Assembly (NCBI GenBank): GCA_030141605.1
Contig: JAQGDQ010000031.1
Span: 558,001-622,000 of the forward strand
Reading direction: 5' to 3'
DNA length: 64,000 nucleotides
Source: Tubiluchus corallicola
Lineage: Eukaryota > Animalia > Priapulida
Position numbers and translations under genes: made by a program. A model generated the notes under the pieces. That model worked only from the letters and a program-made list of their open reading frames with translations, was not told the origin of the DNA and made no database searches. Shown here piece by piece: positions 1 to 12,770 of this stretch (position 1 is its first letter; each line of letters starts with the position of its first letter).

Positions 1-75
1 AGACAAAATCTTTAGCACCATTTTCTTTTTTTCCGCAAATTCATGGCTCGAATCCAAAGGTGCACAAAGAGACAT
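1..75 (-). CDS. Possible N-terminus of a further minus-strand gene running off the window edge (MSLCAPLDSSHEFAEKKKMVLKILS...)
   Basis: An ATG at 75 follows an in-frame upstream TGA, and the frame stays open to base 1. The region at about 90-300 is relatively CpG-rich and promoter-like. Only 25 codons are visible, so this may be chance. Confidence 0.25.
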   Translation of the reverse strand, partial: MSLCAPLDSSHEFAEKKKMVLKILS

Positions 76-2011
76 TCGTACCAAACATGGTAAAATCGGA
101 CGTATTTCTTTCTCAGACATAGAATTTAACAAATTTACGTCCACGCGCTGTACTACTCTGAATGCTCTAGTCGATACAGGATAATCCATCGTTATAACTT
201 AAATGAGCAACGTTTGCAACATAATTTTAAAGCACGCAGTGTCACACACAATCCTCAACAACAGGGGGCTGACATCTTGCTATTTCAAGTCACGTTCACG
301 CAGAGTTTTTTCACCACTCAAACTGTAGCTGTTGGTATTCTTAGTTCGCTAGTCATTATCTTCATCATCAGTCATCATCACTATCATTATCACTATAATC
401 ATGATTACCAGCAGAGAATGTAATACTCGCCAGGCCTCATAGCGGACACTGTTCTCGCTGCCTTGAGTTTCTGATGACATGTATGAACTAATTATTGAAC
501 CGTGCCAAAAGGAACCTGATCCATTGTCAATTCTAGCTGAATCCTACATTAGGCCTACGTATCCGATAAAACTGACGGAGTTATCGTATGGTCAAAAGAT
601 GTGTTTGCCTCTTACTTTTTGCTAAACTTAGTTCATTTTTTTATAAATTATACTTCGGCACACTGAAAGCCGAAATCTGTCACTCATTAGCAGCTACTTC
701 TCAATGCAGTTTCTGACATGACCGGAGCCTGGCTCATAATCTGGGATATTAAGCTAAGAAGGCAATGATTTCTTAACTACACTACTTTATAGTGTAAACA
801 GCCAGGATCTAACACATGCAGTCACGAGCTATTGACGCAAAGCATAATCTGAGAAGACTCAGTTACAACCCCACTCAATCTAGGAGCATGCCAGTGTCTA
901 CATGAAATTACTGTAATCATGCCTTCCTAGTTTAGCTTAAGAGGGACACGTTTAACTTCGCGTCACCTCACGGTTTGTCAGTTTCATAACTGACATTCAC
1001 TTGTCAATTAATTCTCTTGTTTATTTTTTATGCCTTTTTTCAGCAACTTTTAAAAAAATCCATTCACACTTAAGGGTCTGCAATGAGATTCCAAAACTTC
1101 TAATTTGCCAAAATAGTTAGTGAAACAAAAATTAATTATGATTAACTTTACTATGAATTGGGCATTTTGATTTTTCAATTAATTGACCGAAACATTAGTT
1201 CCCGATCATGTCAGTTGTTTTTCAAACAGCAGAAATAAACTGAAATGCTTCAACAGAAGTTATAAAAACAAAATAATCATTATTATTACAACAGTCAATC
1301 AGCGCACATCAAATAATAATAAAAAATGTAATAATTATTTAATAACATGTATGTAATAACAGCGAGTAGACCTATTTATATTTGCTATAGAATTTTTATA
1401 GAACATTATATTCCTCTATAAATTATTCAATATTAATTTTGTCACAGTATGTGATACTGTACAATAAACTTACTGATTTATCAATTAAAATTGTTATTAA
1501 TAAACATTAGGCCTACAATCAATAATATTAAACAAACGGGCATTTATAGTACTGAAGTGATTAATATCTTTGCACACTTACCATGCCATCTCAGACTACT
1601 ATCACAACAATTTTGTCAAAATTGCACAAAAGAATTATAGCAACACCTATAATCATTTGTATTATTACATATTTAATTAATTACCTTTAAGTAAAGATAA
1701 AAGTAAACAGCTGGAAAGTTCGTGATACATTTTAAGAAATTGGAGATTAGGTTATTGTAATGATGTAATAACTAGCAGATTGTGATCAAATGCTCTGTCA
1801 GCAGGCAAAAAACTCAAAATTGGTTCATGTACAGGCACATACCTATAGAATGAGAACAAATGATCTCAATATGAACCAAAAGCATGTGACTCACTTGCAC
1901 ATGTTAAGCACACTAATCTTGCCAATCTTAACACATTGCTCTAAGCAAGGGTCTCAATTTGCCAAAATGCTACAGTACAAAAAATCACAAAGCATGTACT
2001 GTCACTAAGAA

Positions 2012-5000
2012 TTATCCAAAAATATCGGATATATCCTGACTCCTCGGCTGCAGGGTCTTTTGAGGTTGCATTATTCCCATTGTTTGATTTCCCATGATGC
2101 TTTGTGGATTAACTGCCTGTGGCTGGTTTGACATCATGCTTTGAAAAGAAGTATTAATCTGACGGGTTTGCATATTCATGCCAGTGCCCATGGTGTTCCC
2201 CAACCCTTGGCTGGGTGGAGATTGCATTTGGTTCATTGGCAATGACCGTTTGGGTGGACCAAATAAATTGTCTAGAGCTGCCATATTTTTTGGAACATTG
2301 GAGGTTGGCTGCACACCAGGCCTGGTTTGAGGCAATACAGGAGCCTGTTGAAAATTACTAAATCCATCATTGTTAAAAGTTGATGACTGAAAAGATGACT
2401 GCTGAATTGAAGATTGTGGCAAGGCTCCAACATTGTTTAAACTCATGCCAAAACCTGAACCAACTGACTGAAACGTTGAGTTTGTCATGAAATTTGTTGC
2501 ACTGCTGACAGTTGAGGTTCCATGTGATAAACTGTTCATAGGTGATGTGGTATTACTTATGGGTGGAACTGCATATGACGTACTTACAAAAGATGTATTA
2601 TGCGATGGATTAGTTGCAGTTGATCCTTTGAAAACTGAACTTCCTGAACTAGAGAAAGCTGAACTGTTATTTGCAGTCCCAAATGTAGGTTGTTGAGACA
2701 AGCTTGGTGTCATATTTGTGGAAAAAGTTTGTACTGGTTCAGATCCAGAAGAAAATTTGTTCTGCAAAACAGACGGATTCAGGTTGCTTCCCAAAGTTCC
2801 AGTCAAGTCACGCATAGGAATCTTTTTGGACTGAGGTGTGGCATTTATAGGAGTAAGCGCCTTGATGGACTTCTGAGTTTTGTATCTTTGCATATTTTCT
2901 TGTTCCTTCGCCAGTCGTTGTTTTTCTTCCATTGTTAGGGAGGCAGGCTAAAAGACAGTTAAAACACAACTATTTAAATCGTAACGCAGTATTTTTAATA
3001 TCAAAAAGTCACTGTCAACAAAGAAATAACAAAGCAAACTGTAGAACGTAATTATCAATAGAACAAAAAGTGGGAAAGTTAAAGTGTAAATTTTGGAAAA
3101 ATTTAATTTCACACACTTTGGGCAAATCACACTTGTGCTAAGTAAATCAAATGCTAAATTAAACTACACATATTTTGAGCCACTGCAAGGTATAAATACT
3201 GCAATGAACACTGAAGAGCTACATTGCAATTCTCAACTTCAACATGCATTGACTTAAAGGCACTGCTGAGCCTTTGTCAAAGTATGTGAGTTTATTGAAG
3301 TAACAGAGTTGCAATATCAGTCTCTATATGTATGTAACTTCGGTGGCAGACACAAATATTCTAGCTAATGCTGACTGGTCGTTACAAAACCCATTTCAAA
3401 TAAAGGTCATTCTTATTTTGTAAGTCCAAAAAACTAACTGAAAAAAAACTGCCAAAGATTCGTAAATTTCTAGTAACAAGATATCAAATTCTACCTTTGC
3501 AGTTTGTTCCGGTTCCTTCCGTGACAATGATGGCGACGCATCAGAAGTTTGAGAGCTAGCAGGAGAGGAGGAACGTATGACCTCTGTCACCGGTTTAGGT
3601 TCCAAAAAATTACCAAGGCCGAAACCACTAAATATCTGTTCCATCTACAATGCAAATAAGTAGCATTCTCTGAAATTTTTGTGGTGATAGAAATTAAGCG
3701 TCGCTTAGTAGTAGCACAAAATCCTGAATGCTAGTCATTTTTAGGATTTTAACATGTCTAACATAGCTTGCTAACAAACATAAAAGTTGCAAGTACAACA
3801 AGCAAACAGAGACTTTAATTTTGGCGTTCACATTAAGATGACTTCAAAGTCACAAGTTGTTCTAAACAGTAATCAGCAATTACACACAACTATATTTTTT
3901 AAATTCATTCTGCATTGGGCAACATTCAAAGAAACAAACACTTTGAAATTAATCAGGACAGGATATTAGGATATGACTTTACAGGATTAACATCAATGAT
4001 TTGACTCTGGGATGATGAGCCTACAAAGAAATGACCTCATAGGCAAATAAGCATGAGGCAGAAAATGTTAAAAGTGAACAATAAAATACAGTGGGAAAAT
4101 CTAAAATGCGCTGATCGACAACCTCTGCAGCATAATACAAAAGTTTACAGCTTTATCCAATGTGCCACAGAAGCAAATTTTGCTAAACTTACTACAACGC
4201 AAGAATAAACATATATTCCGAAATACTGTATGCCAAATCTAATATAGATATCATTTAAGTGAATAATTAATAAACATTGTAATTGTAAATAATAGGTTAC
4301 AATATACTATAGATACCCGATAATAATGTAAACAAATTAAAATAAACATTACATACAGAAGTTTCTGGCTTCTTCTGTATGCCTGTTATCAAGTTCCCAG
4401 GTTCACTTGTCTGACTCAAGTTTTGACTAAATTCCAAGCTTGACCTAGTCAACAATAAAAGGCAATTACACTAAAGCAAGCTATACGTACTAGTACCATT
4501 ACATGACGTACTTAAATCTAGGTCACCTTGAAGTTTTTAGGCTGCAGTAAATGAAGCCCAAATGTCACATTGTCATAAAACTTACAAATGTATCACCATC
4601 ATGTATGTGATGTAACTTGTAACATCCATGACCTACAGATAAGTAAATATTAACTAAATGATCACAATATAAGTTTTCCAAGTCACCTATTTGTAATAAA
4701 AGTAACAAACAAGTGAACTGTTTCACTTACTTCTGCTCCAACTGCATTTGATTCAATTGTTCCAATTTTGTTCGATGTTCCGCTTCGACTCGACTTATCA
4801 TATCTTTTATTAAGACCATGAAAGAGTTGAACTGAAACGCAAAACAAATCTTCGCCTGATAAATAAAATCTGGATGACAGCAATGTGATTGCAGGTGTAT
4901 CCAGAAGTGACAATACGTATGTTATAATTCAACAAAATAGGTACTCTTTCTGTCGTTCCCTTGAAAAATGGTAAATTTGGCGAATGTAACTACAATTCGC

Positions 5001-8000
5001 ATTTCATTATCTGTCAATCACAAATGCACTGTTTCTTCTGACGCAACGGCAACGTATGGAAATATTTATAGTATTATAAATGGGTCCACATCCTAAGAGT
5101 TTGTTTCCACTTCCTGTTAAATGGCTTATTAAGACAAACTTGAGGAAATGGAGTCCCAGCTGCCTTCAAATTTTTTTGCGATAGTGTTTACGTAATGATG
5201 AGTGACTTAGAACTGCTGTGCAGACAACATATTTGCACAAATACAAAACTAAACCGTTGTAATTGGTGCCACACGTCATTCAACCTACAGAAATGGCCTA
5301 GTATCAAGATCATAACAACTAACAAATTGTGAACATGCAACAATTAACATCATCTTTAGCAGGATTTTCATGATACTATTCTTCGTAATAATCATAGGTG
5401 ATTATGCACATTTATCAAAAATTTAGCATTATTGAGATTTAGCTGTAGTAAAGTAGCAACTGATAATTGGCTTTGTATCAACCGAGTTTTAACAACACCT
5501 AAACACACAGATAACAAAAAAAAGATAAAACGCTCAACACGTTAAATATATAATGAGACAAATAATTTCTAAATTAGAAAAAGGGCGCACGAAAGGAATT
5601 ACCTGATTTAAACTAAGATTATTATCAATGCAGATGGTGAAAAGAAATGGCAAAACTTTAACAGACATTATTTCCTTCGTCATTCCCAGCTTTTTGTGAG
5701 TCAATGTCTGTTTATAAATACCTGTTTTAAAAAACAAAAAAAATACATAAGCCATTCAGTCATTACTAAACTATTGCCATGCTCCAAAAATGTAACAAAC
5801 TGATTAAACAATAATTGAGTTAAAGAATTTACAACCAATACCTTTTGAAATCTGATGTTTAGCTATAAGTGAGAACGACGCAAAGCAGTTCAAATTTATA
5901 AGAAAGCTGATTCACGCTAAACTCACCCAAAATTCCCATTAACACAGCCGGCTCACGAGACGGAATCTGTGGTAAAATAGGTAACACTTCATCCAGAACC
6001 AGCCATTTGTCAAAGTGCTCAAGTAATTTACCTATGCACACTAGAGAGTTCACTCGGGTCTGTAAATAAATTAAAAATTAGGCAATATGATAGTGACTTT
6101 TAGAAACATCTTATAGACCACATATTCCCTCACTCATTCATTCACCCAAAAGTTTTCTTTGCTGTTTCAATAACATGTGGCAAATTAGAATCACTACAAA
6201 CATTATGCCGAATTTATGCACCGTTTAAACAAAAAATTATTGTTTTCAGTGAAAATAACAGCTACTTTTACCATTACGTTTATCTAGAATCAAACCAAAA
6301 GTTTATTAACTGCACGAAGTTTAAATGCTCTACTCTACCTATTATACTCTTCTTTTAGTTCTGTACAGTTAACTGGTGTTACACATTAGTTTCTGTTATC
6401 ACACAAATCAGCTGTGTAATTTCATTCTAAAATGAATTTTGATGATTTCTATATCCATGCCAAACATGATAAGTTCATGCAATAGTTACTTTTTAAAGGA
6501 ACTGTAACTGTAACTAGTTATTTTTTTGAGAATAACTTGTAACTGAAACGAGTTGCATTTTCATCAGGTGGCTCTACAAACAGAGAAGACTGCAGTTTAA
6601 AATGTGACTGCCACTCTAGCAGTTACATTAATAAAAAACTACATCAACTCCATCTGCTTGGGTGATCAATAACTATAAAAAATTACCGTATTGAATATCT
6701 TGGAAAAAGTACTGCAAGCTAGAACTCACCGATAATGATGTAGACTCTAAACAAATTTTCTTAAGTCGAGGAAGCAAGTGATTCTTCATAGATGGGTAGT
6801 CTATCATGTTGGCGAAAGTGGGAATTATACCTAAACACAACTCCTATAAAACCCAATCACAATCAATTATGATGTTTTAATAGTGGAATGAGTGCTATTC
6901 CAATCCATACAATATTACATGGGAGAAAACTAAAAATAGTATAAAGGAAAGAATGTATTTAAAGAAATTAAAATATTCAAAATTACTTTTTCATTATTTA
7001 TATGATTCTGAAGTCATCACTGATATGTATCACTAATGATACCTGGATTTGAGTAGTATCTGATTCCAAAGCTCTATAAATCATTGGCAAAACATGATTA
7101 CGAATGTCATCCGGGGGTGTCTTTGACAGTAGCAGACTCATCTTTTGCATGAAAATCAACAACACCTGCAAATATTGTAATTACAGTGATCAGACTTAGT
7201 GCACTCTAAAGTGGCACACAGCAGCTCGCTTGTCTAACACTATAATGACAGTATATCAAAAGTGTGACACAAAAATATATTAGTCTGGGCACAACTTGAT
7301 GTCTATGATTAAGTCACTGCCATTAGAAAATTAAAGTAGAAATACTAGTTTTGAACATATTTTTTTTTATTCATAACACTGGGGTTTTCCCCTCTTATTT
7401 CCATTGCAGTTTCCTGAAAATAGTATATCTGAAAAGTGTATGTTTACAATCCATTTTTAGTACTTTTATCAACCCAATGAATATAAAAGTGTGACACTAA
7501 AAATATATTAGTCTGGGCACACCTTGATGTCTATGATTAAGTCACTGCCATTAGAAAATTAAAGTAGAAATACTAGTTTTGAACATATTTTTTTTTATTC
7601 ATAACACTGGGGTTTTCCCCTCTTATTTCCATTGCAGTTTCCTGAAAATAGTATATCTGAAAAGTGTATGTTTACAATTGCCATTTTTAGTACATTTTAT
7701 CATTGCATGCAGCCACTTTGTTTTAATACAGTAAGTGTTAAAAGCAGTACCTTGACATACAAATGTGGCCAAAATGCAACTAAGTTTTGCTTGTTTAATA
7801 CAAGTTTACGTAGTTTTAAGTTCTATTAATTAAAAACCTGAACAGTGCTCTAGTTCTATTTTGCTTTTTCGTTTCAGCTACTAGTTTGAAATCATTAGCA
7901 TGCAGGCTATTTCAAAATGATTAATTCTTCTTTCCACATTGAATTAAGCTATTTCCGACTATAAGTTTTTATTATCAAAGTGATCCTCCTTATTATAAAA

Positions 8001-11000
8001 ATAATCAAAAGTCTTCCTCGATGTAAACAAACTGATAAACTTACCAGCAAAAATGTAACAGAAGATGCTTCTGTTTCTGGTTTGCTTACAACTCTTGTAG
8101 TTGACTCAACTGCATGCCCGGCTTTAATTCATTTAATCTTCAGTAATCACTGAAGCATGCTGGACACATTACTGATTACTATTATTCACGTTTATAAACA
8201 TAGCTATAACCACATTTAGACTTTCTCCAGAAGATTCTAATTAAGCCATCCTCACCTGAACTGGTTCGGTGACCTTGAACACAGGTTTTAATTCCGGTAG
8301 AATAAGTTCCACATACTCAGCATTTGTTGAATCTTCAGCAATCAGCAATACGTTCGGTAGAACAAATGGAATCATCTCGGGATTTACAAATTCTTTGACT
8401 AGACATGTCAGAACACGCTGATGCTTGACTCTCTGAAAATAATAAATGCAAGGTAAAACTGTGCAACTAGTAATTAACTATACAGTAAACACTCATTAAC
8501 AACTGAAATAATGGGGGAAGATGGTCCTAAAAAAGGAGAAAATGTACAGATGGGGGTAAATCTGCTCAATCAAGTTGTCTAAGCTGAATATCATATGTTA
8601 TGCTCAGCAGATCACCCGTTGATCTGAAGATCCAATTTCCAACATCCCACATTGACACAAAAACTTAACTTACACATTGTAATTTGTAATATAAAGTCAC
8701 TATTTCACACAAAAAAAACATCTGAGATCTGAGCCCAGAAAATAAGAAAGTATTACCGTAACTTAGTTGACAGATAAAGCATTTGTTCTAAGACTTTGCA
8801 CCACTGCCCAAATATAAAACAACTTTGTTGTTTTAAATATTAAGATTCATTTGAAAAAGAACAACTTTCTTTCACAAGAATTCTTAATGACAGAGTCTCA
8901 AAACAAATATGATTCTACTTTTACTGAGCTTGAAGAGAAAGCTGTATTGTGATAAAGCTACTTAGGAATACCATAGAACATACTGAAACATATAAAAATT
9001 ACTATGACAGCTTGAAAAAATATTGACTTAAACTCACTTTTGGTAGTTTTGACAAAATCTGAGGAAGACCTTTAAAAAACTGAGACTTTTGCAAGTTATC
9101 TCTCTGAAATAATGAGTCAAGGTACTGCAAGGTCATGGCACCAACGTCTTCAAAAAATGGTATCTGTGTAAATAAAAATAATTAGCATCAAATATTTATC
9201 CAGAAACTCACTTGATTACAATACAAGATAATGAAATCAGCAGCATAACACGAATTTACAATTTTGCAAAATTGAAACACTAAAATGTACACAATGAACT
9301 AAATCCACAAATAGAACTTGTTCAATTCAAAGTTCATCATACCAGACAAATTTCATCCAGCACATACGAAACAGAAATTAGAGAATATTTATGAAGCATC
9401 CGCTATATGTAAGAAAATGTTGAAAATGAAAAGAACGGGCATTTATATCTTTATTTGCAAGAGTACAGGTAGATGCCGATTTACGACCCCAATCGGTTCC
9501 AGGAGATTGATCGCAATACGAATTGGACGCAAGTCGGACCAGCATATTCAATGTATACTCAAGCAGAGCCCCCTACGTTGCGTGTGTGCACACACTAAGT
9601 ATGGCGGCACCTACTATGAATTTATCAAAACACATAGCAATTTAAAGTTAATTTATTTAAAAAAATAGAAGGAAAGATGAGTTATAGTTGGTTTTGTATA
9701 ATAAATTAAACTGCGGTCGGATCATAACATCGAATAGTCGTAATTTGTATAGGTCGTATGTCGACGACTACCTGTAATGTAACAAAATTGTGTTTACTTT
9801 AGAAAACTGATCAGCATCGGGTCTAACAGCTGGTGTTACATTTAGTAACATCTTTATGTGTTCTCTTGCTTCAGCTGGAATGCAGACGAGAGAGGAAACA
9901 GAAAGACTCTTCAACTGCAAATGAATCATTAATTAAGTTATCAATCAGATATCTGTGTTACCAGTTTGTAATCTTCTTCTTTTACTTTTTAGCAAAAGTT
10001 TACAGAAATTGTGATTGGCGAGTTTGACTGTTGTAAAATTTTATCCACATTTTTTGCACAAACAAAAAGTGAGCACTTTACGTTACACTAGGAATAAACA
10101 AATCAGGTAACAGCCCACAGACTAAAAAAAGTCGATGTCAATGTCTGCTCATTTTTGAGAAAATGTAAATAGCCAGTTTAACCCTATGATGAACAACTGT
10201 CACAAAAAAGTGTGCAATGCAAGTTTTACAGCCTACAGCTACTGTTCATTTGGTACTTCGCATAGAAAAAATGTGAACTTTCAAAAAAGGAACATGATAA
10301 TGATTTTGCTTATTCAATGGCTTACTCTAACTTAATTTACTAGTAATTGCCAACGATATGATTGGCAACAATTTCGTAAGACAAAACTGAAGCTAATACA
10401 GTGAACATACCTTTGCAGACTTCAAAGTGTAATAAATATGAAAAATGATATTTGAACGTCAGCAAACTAAAACTAGGGGTAAAATGGAATGAAACTAATT
10501 ACCTTTTCACAATTTTTTCTGTAAGTACTATAAGCATTACAGTTTTCATAAAGCGGTTTTCCATCATTGAATAGTGCAAATGCCAGCATTCCCAAAGAGA
10601 ACATATCACTGGCCCTGTCACATGTCATTGTCAAGCAGAACTCTGGTGCAAGGTAGTCAAGACTTGGCTGAGCGAGTGACGCTATGCTGTTCTCGTATTC
10701 AGTGAATGGATATGTCGGCTAATGGAAAAATCAAATTTAATTTCGGTATACAACCCGGTTACGGTTATACGCAATAAACCAATCAAGTTTAGGTTAAGTT
10801 TGTTTACTTTTGCACAGTGCTAAATTCGTTTATATGTTGCAGATTGCTTTACAATTACCAATATGGAGTAAATAAACCATCAAAAAGTTGTTTTATTATT
10901 TATTTTAGGAAAATTTACTACACAAAAATAATTATTTATCGCACTTGCAAATTGAAAGGGTAAAGAAATGTTAGCAGATCTCTATACAAATCCCCACAAA

Positions 11001-12770
11001 TAAATCTGTCAAAAAATGATTTGTTCAGACTTAGCCTAGTCTACATTTGACATTATATATAAATAAAATCCTATAAAATCATTTCTGTTCTTCTTGAAAA
11101 ATTCAACAGATAAAAATCTATAAACACACCTCTTGATCTTGCGGAGACGAATTCGACAAACAGAATTCAAATCCAGCAATCTTCCATGCACCAGTCGCAT
11201 TAATAATTACTGACTCGAGACAAATGTTATTATGCATCATCTTCAGATCATTATGCAGGAATGCTAGGCCTTCTGCAAGCTACAAAGGGAAAAAGGTGAG
11301 CAAGCATTACCTATAGCATAATTTATAAGTGCATAACACCAAACAATTCAAAATGCTTCTAACATTAGTAACTAACTAATGTACAACAGACTAAGCTACT
11401 TCAAAAAATCTGAAAAAGCTGCAAATTATGAACGAGTATACATAATATGTACAGACCTTTACTGGCTTATAGCGTATAAATTTCTGAATCTGCTGTGTAA
11501 TGGTTAATATAGCTGTCCAGAAAGCAATAGGTTTTGAGTTCAAGTCATAGTTTAGGTGCAAAAGCTTTCGAGCATTCTAACTTGAGACTGCTTTATTGCT
11601 TTTCTTATAGTTAATCTGACAAACTGCAGGCAAGTCCTACTACATACACTCACGTAAAGTGTAGAAGGTGTTAATTGTAACAAATTGGTAAAATATAAAC
11701 AAGTTTATAGAGTTATTAATGACCCACAGGTTGACAAAACATATACAAAACTTCTCAACCTTTGTTGTTACAACTTATAGTCTTACCAGGCAAACATGAT
11801 ATACTTCAGTTAAAGACAACAGCAAAGCAATCACAAACCTGGTAGATGCCGTATTTAATTTCCACTTCATATAGTTTAAATTGCTTAAGCTCTGGTGGCA
11901 ACGGTGTGGCAATGTTGTCATGGTTACCAAGTACATTGGCTAGACTTGCAAACACTGGCTCAGTTGCAAATGCTAAACTCTCTCTAAAACATTACAGAAT
12001 TAAAATTTTAAAGTGCAGTACTACAAGACATGTTGGCTAATCTCATGTGTACAGTACACATGAAAAACAAAAATAAGTGCAGTGTTAAATGAGAAATGTA
12101 AATTCTTATTTACTCACTCAGTTTGCCCAGTACAATAAAAGCAAAATGCTGACAAGTTATACCTTGATTCTTCTAACGGATGCTGTATAGTCAACAACCG
12201 AGGATGACGCAATTTAGTGAGCTGTGATACACCTGCAAGACACATTCGTTTTACTGAATTCGTTATAACTAGGAAATACAAAGCTTAAACACACCAAGTA
12301 AAATAAGTTTCATTATCACTGCAATCTTAAAAGCGACGTGTATAAGTGATGTTAAATGTCTCAATAAGCAAAAATGATTTTAGAACAGCATACCTTTTCT
12401 ACATGAGTCCAATATCAAATCACGGTCGCTCCTAGAAAACCGGTCAAGAAGCTTTTTCTCCAGAAGAAACACAGCCACAGGCTAAACAAAAACATTTATG
12501 CTGAGAATAATTCAGTCATGTACTCACACCTAAGCTATAGAGCAATTTGTAAGAAACTTATAGATTTTGATTATTTTGCAAATTAGCAGGAAAGAACATC
12601 ATTTTTACCTGTTTTGTAGATCGCTTTACACTGGCATAAATTTTCCAAATAAGACCAGGACCAGCACTGCCAATTTGCTTTAAAACTTCAAATTCCCTGG
12701 TTACAGGGTTTCCAGGAAGATACTGTGTTGCCGTAGAAACAGCAGATTTGAGCTTATTAAAGTAGTCCAT
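2012..12770 (-). CDS. SCYL2: SCY1-like protein 2 (CVAK104): N-terminal pseudokinase, HEAT repeats, coiled coil, low-complexity tail; 17 coding exons, about 1004 aa
   Basis: Hand-assembled GT-AG exons with consistent phases: 12609-12770, 12394-12481, 12163-12232, 11839-11983, 11130-11279, 10503-10718, 9798-9914, 9038-9163, 8256-8432, 7043-7165, 6730-6843, 5927-6059, 5603-5721, 4731-4831, 4357-4444, 3495-3644, 2012-2947 (3015 nt). SCYL2-typical peptides: MDYFNKLKSAV..GNPVTREFE..SAGPGLIWKIY, LTKLRHPRLLTIQHPLEESRESLAFATEPVFASL, WKIAGFEF, PSLDYLAPE, FQRDNLQKSQFFKGLP, RVNSLVCIGKLLEHFDKWLVLDEVLP, SREPAVLMGILGIYK, SLTMEEKQRLAKEQE, ALDNLFGP, terminal DISDIFG. The catalytic motifs are degenerate (VAVF, HNN, GFE), as expected for SCYL pseudokinases. 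Confidence 0.95.
7258..7702. repeat. Near-perfect tandem duplication, period about 227 bp, in a SCYL2 intron
   Basis: AAAAGTGTGACAC...CCATTTTTAGTAC..TTTATCA occurs at about 7258-7471 and again at about 7485-7702 with only a few substitutions and indels. Confidence 0.95.
9466..9774. mobile_element. Tc1/mariner-pogo (Tigger-like) MITE, 309 bp
   Basis: Imperfect TIRs CAGGTAGATGCCGATTTACGACC and GGTCGTATGTCGACGACTACCTG, each flanked by a TA target site. Confidence 0.8.
11488..11600 (+). mobile_element. Degenerate tRNA-derived SINE head
   Basis: A-box-like TGTGTAATGG followed at tRNA spacing by B-box-like GAGTTCAAGTC. No intact cloverleaf. Confidence 0.35.

Noticed and set aside
9318-9668. 116-aa plus-strand ORF in a SCYL2 intron
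   Set aside because: It runs across a MITE boundary, starts at TTG and has no transposase motif.
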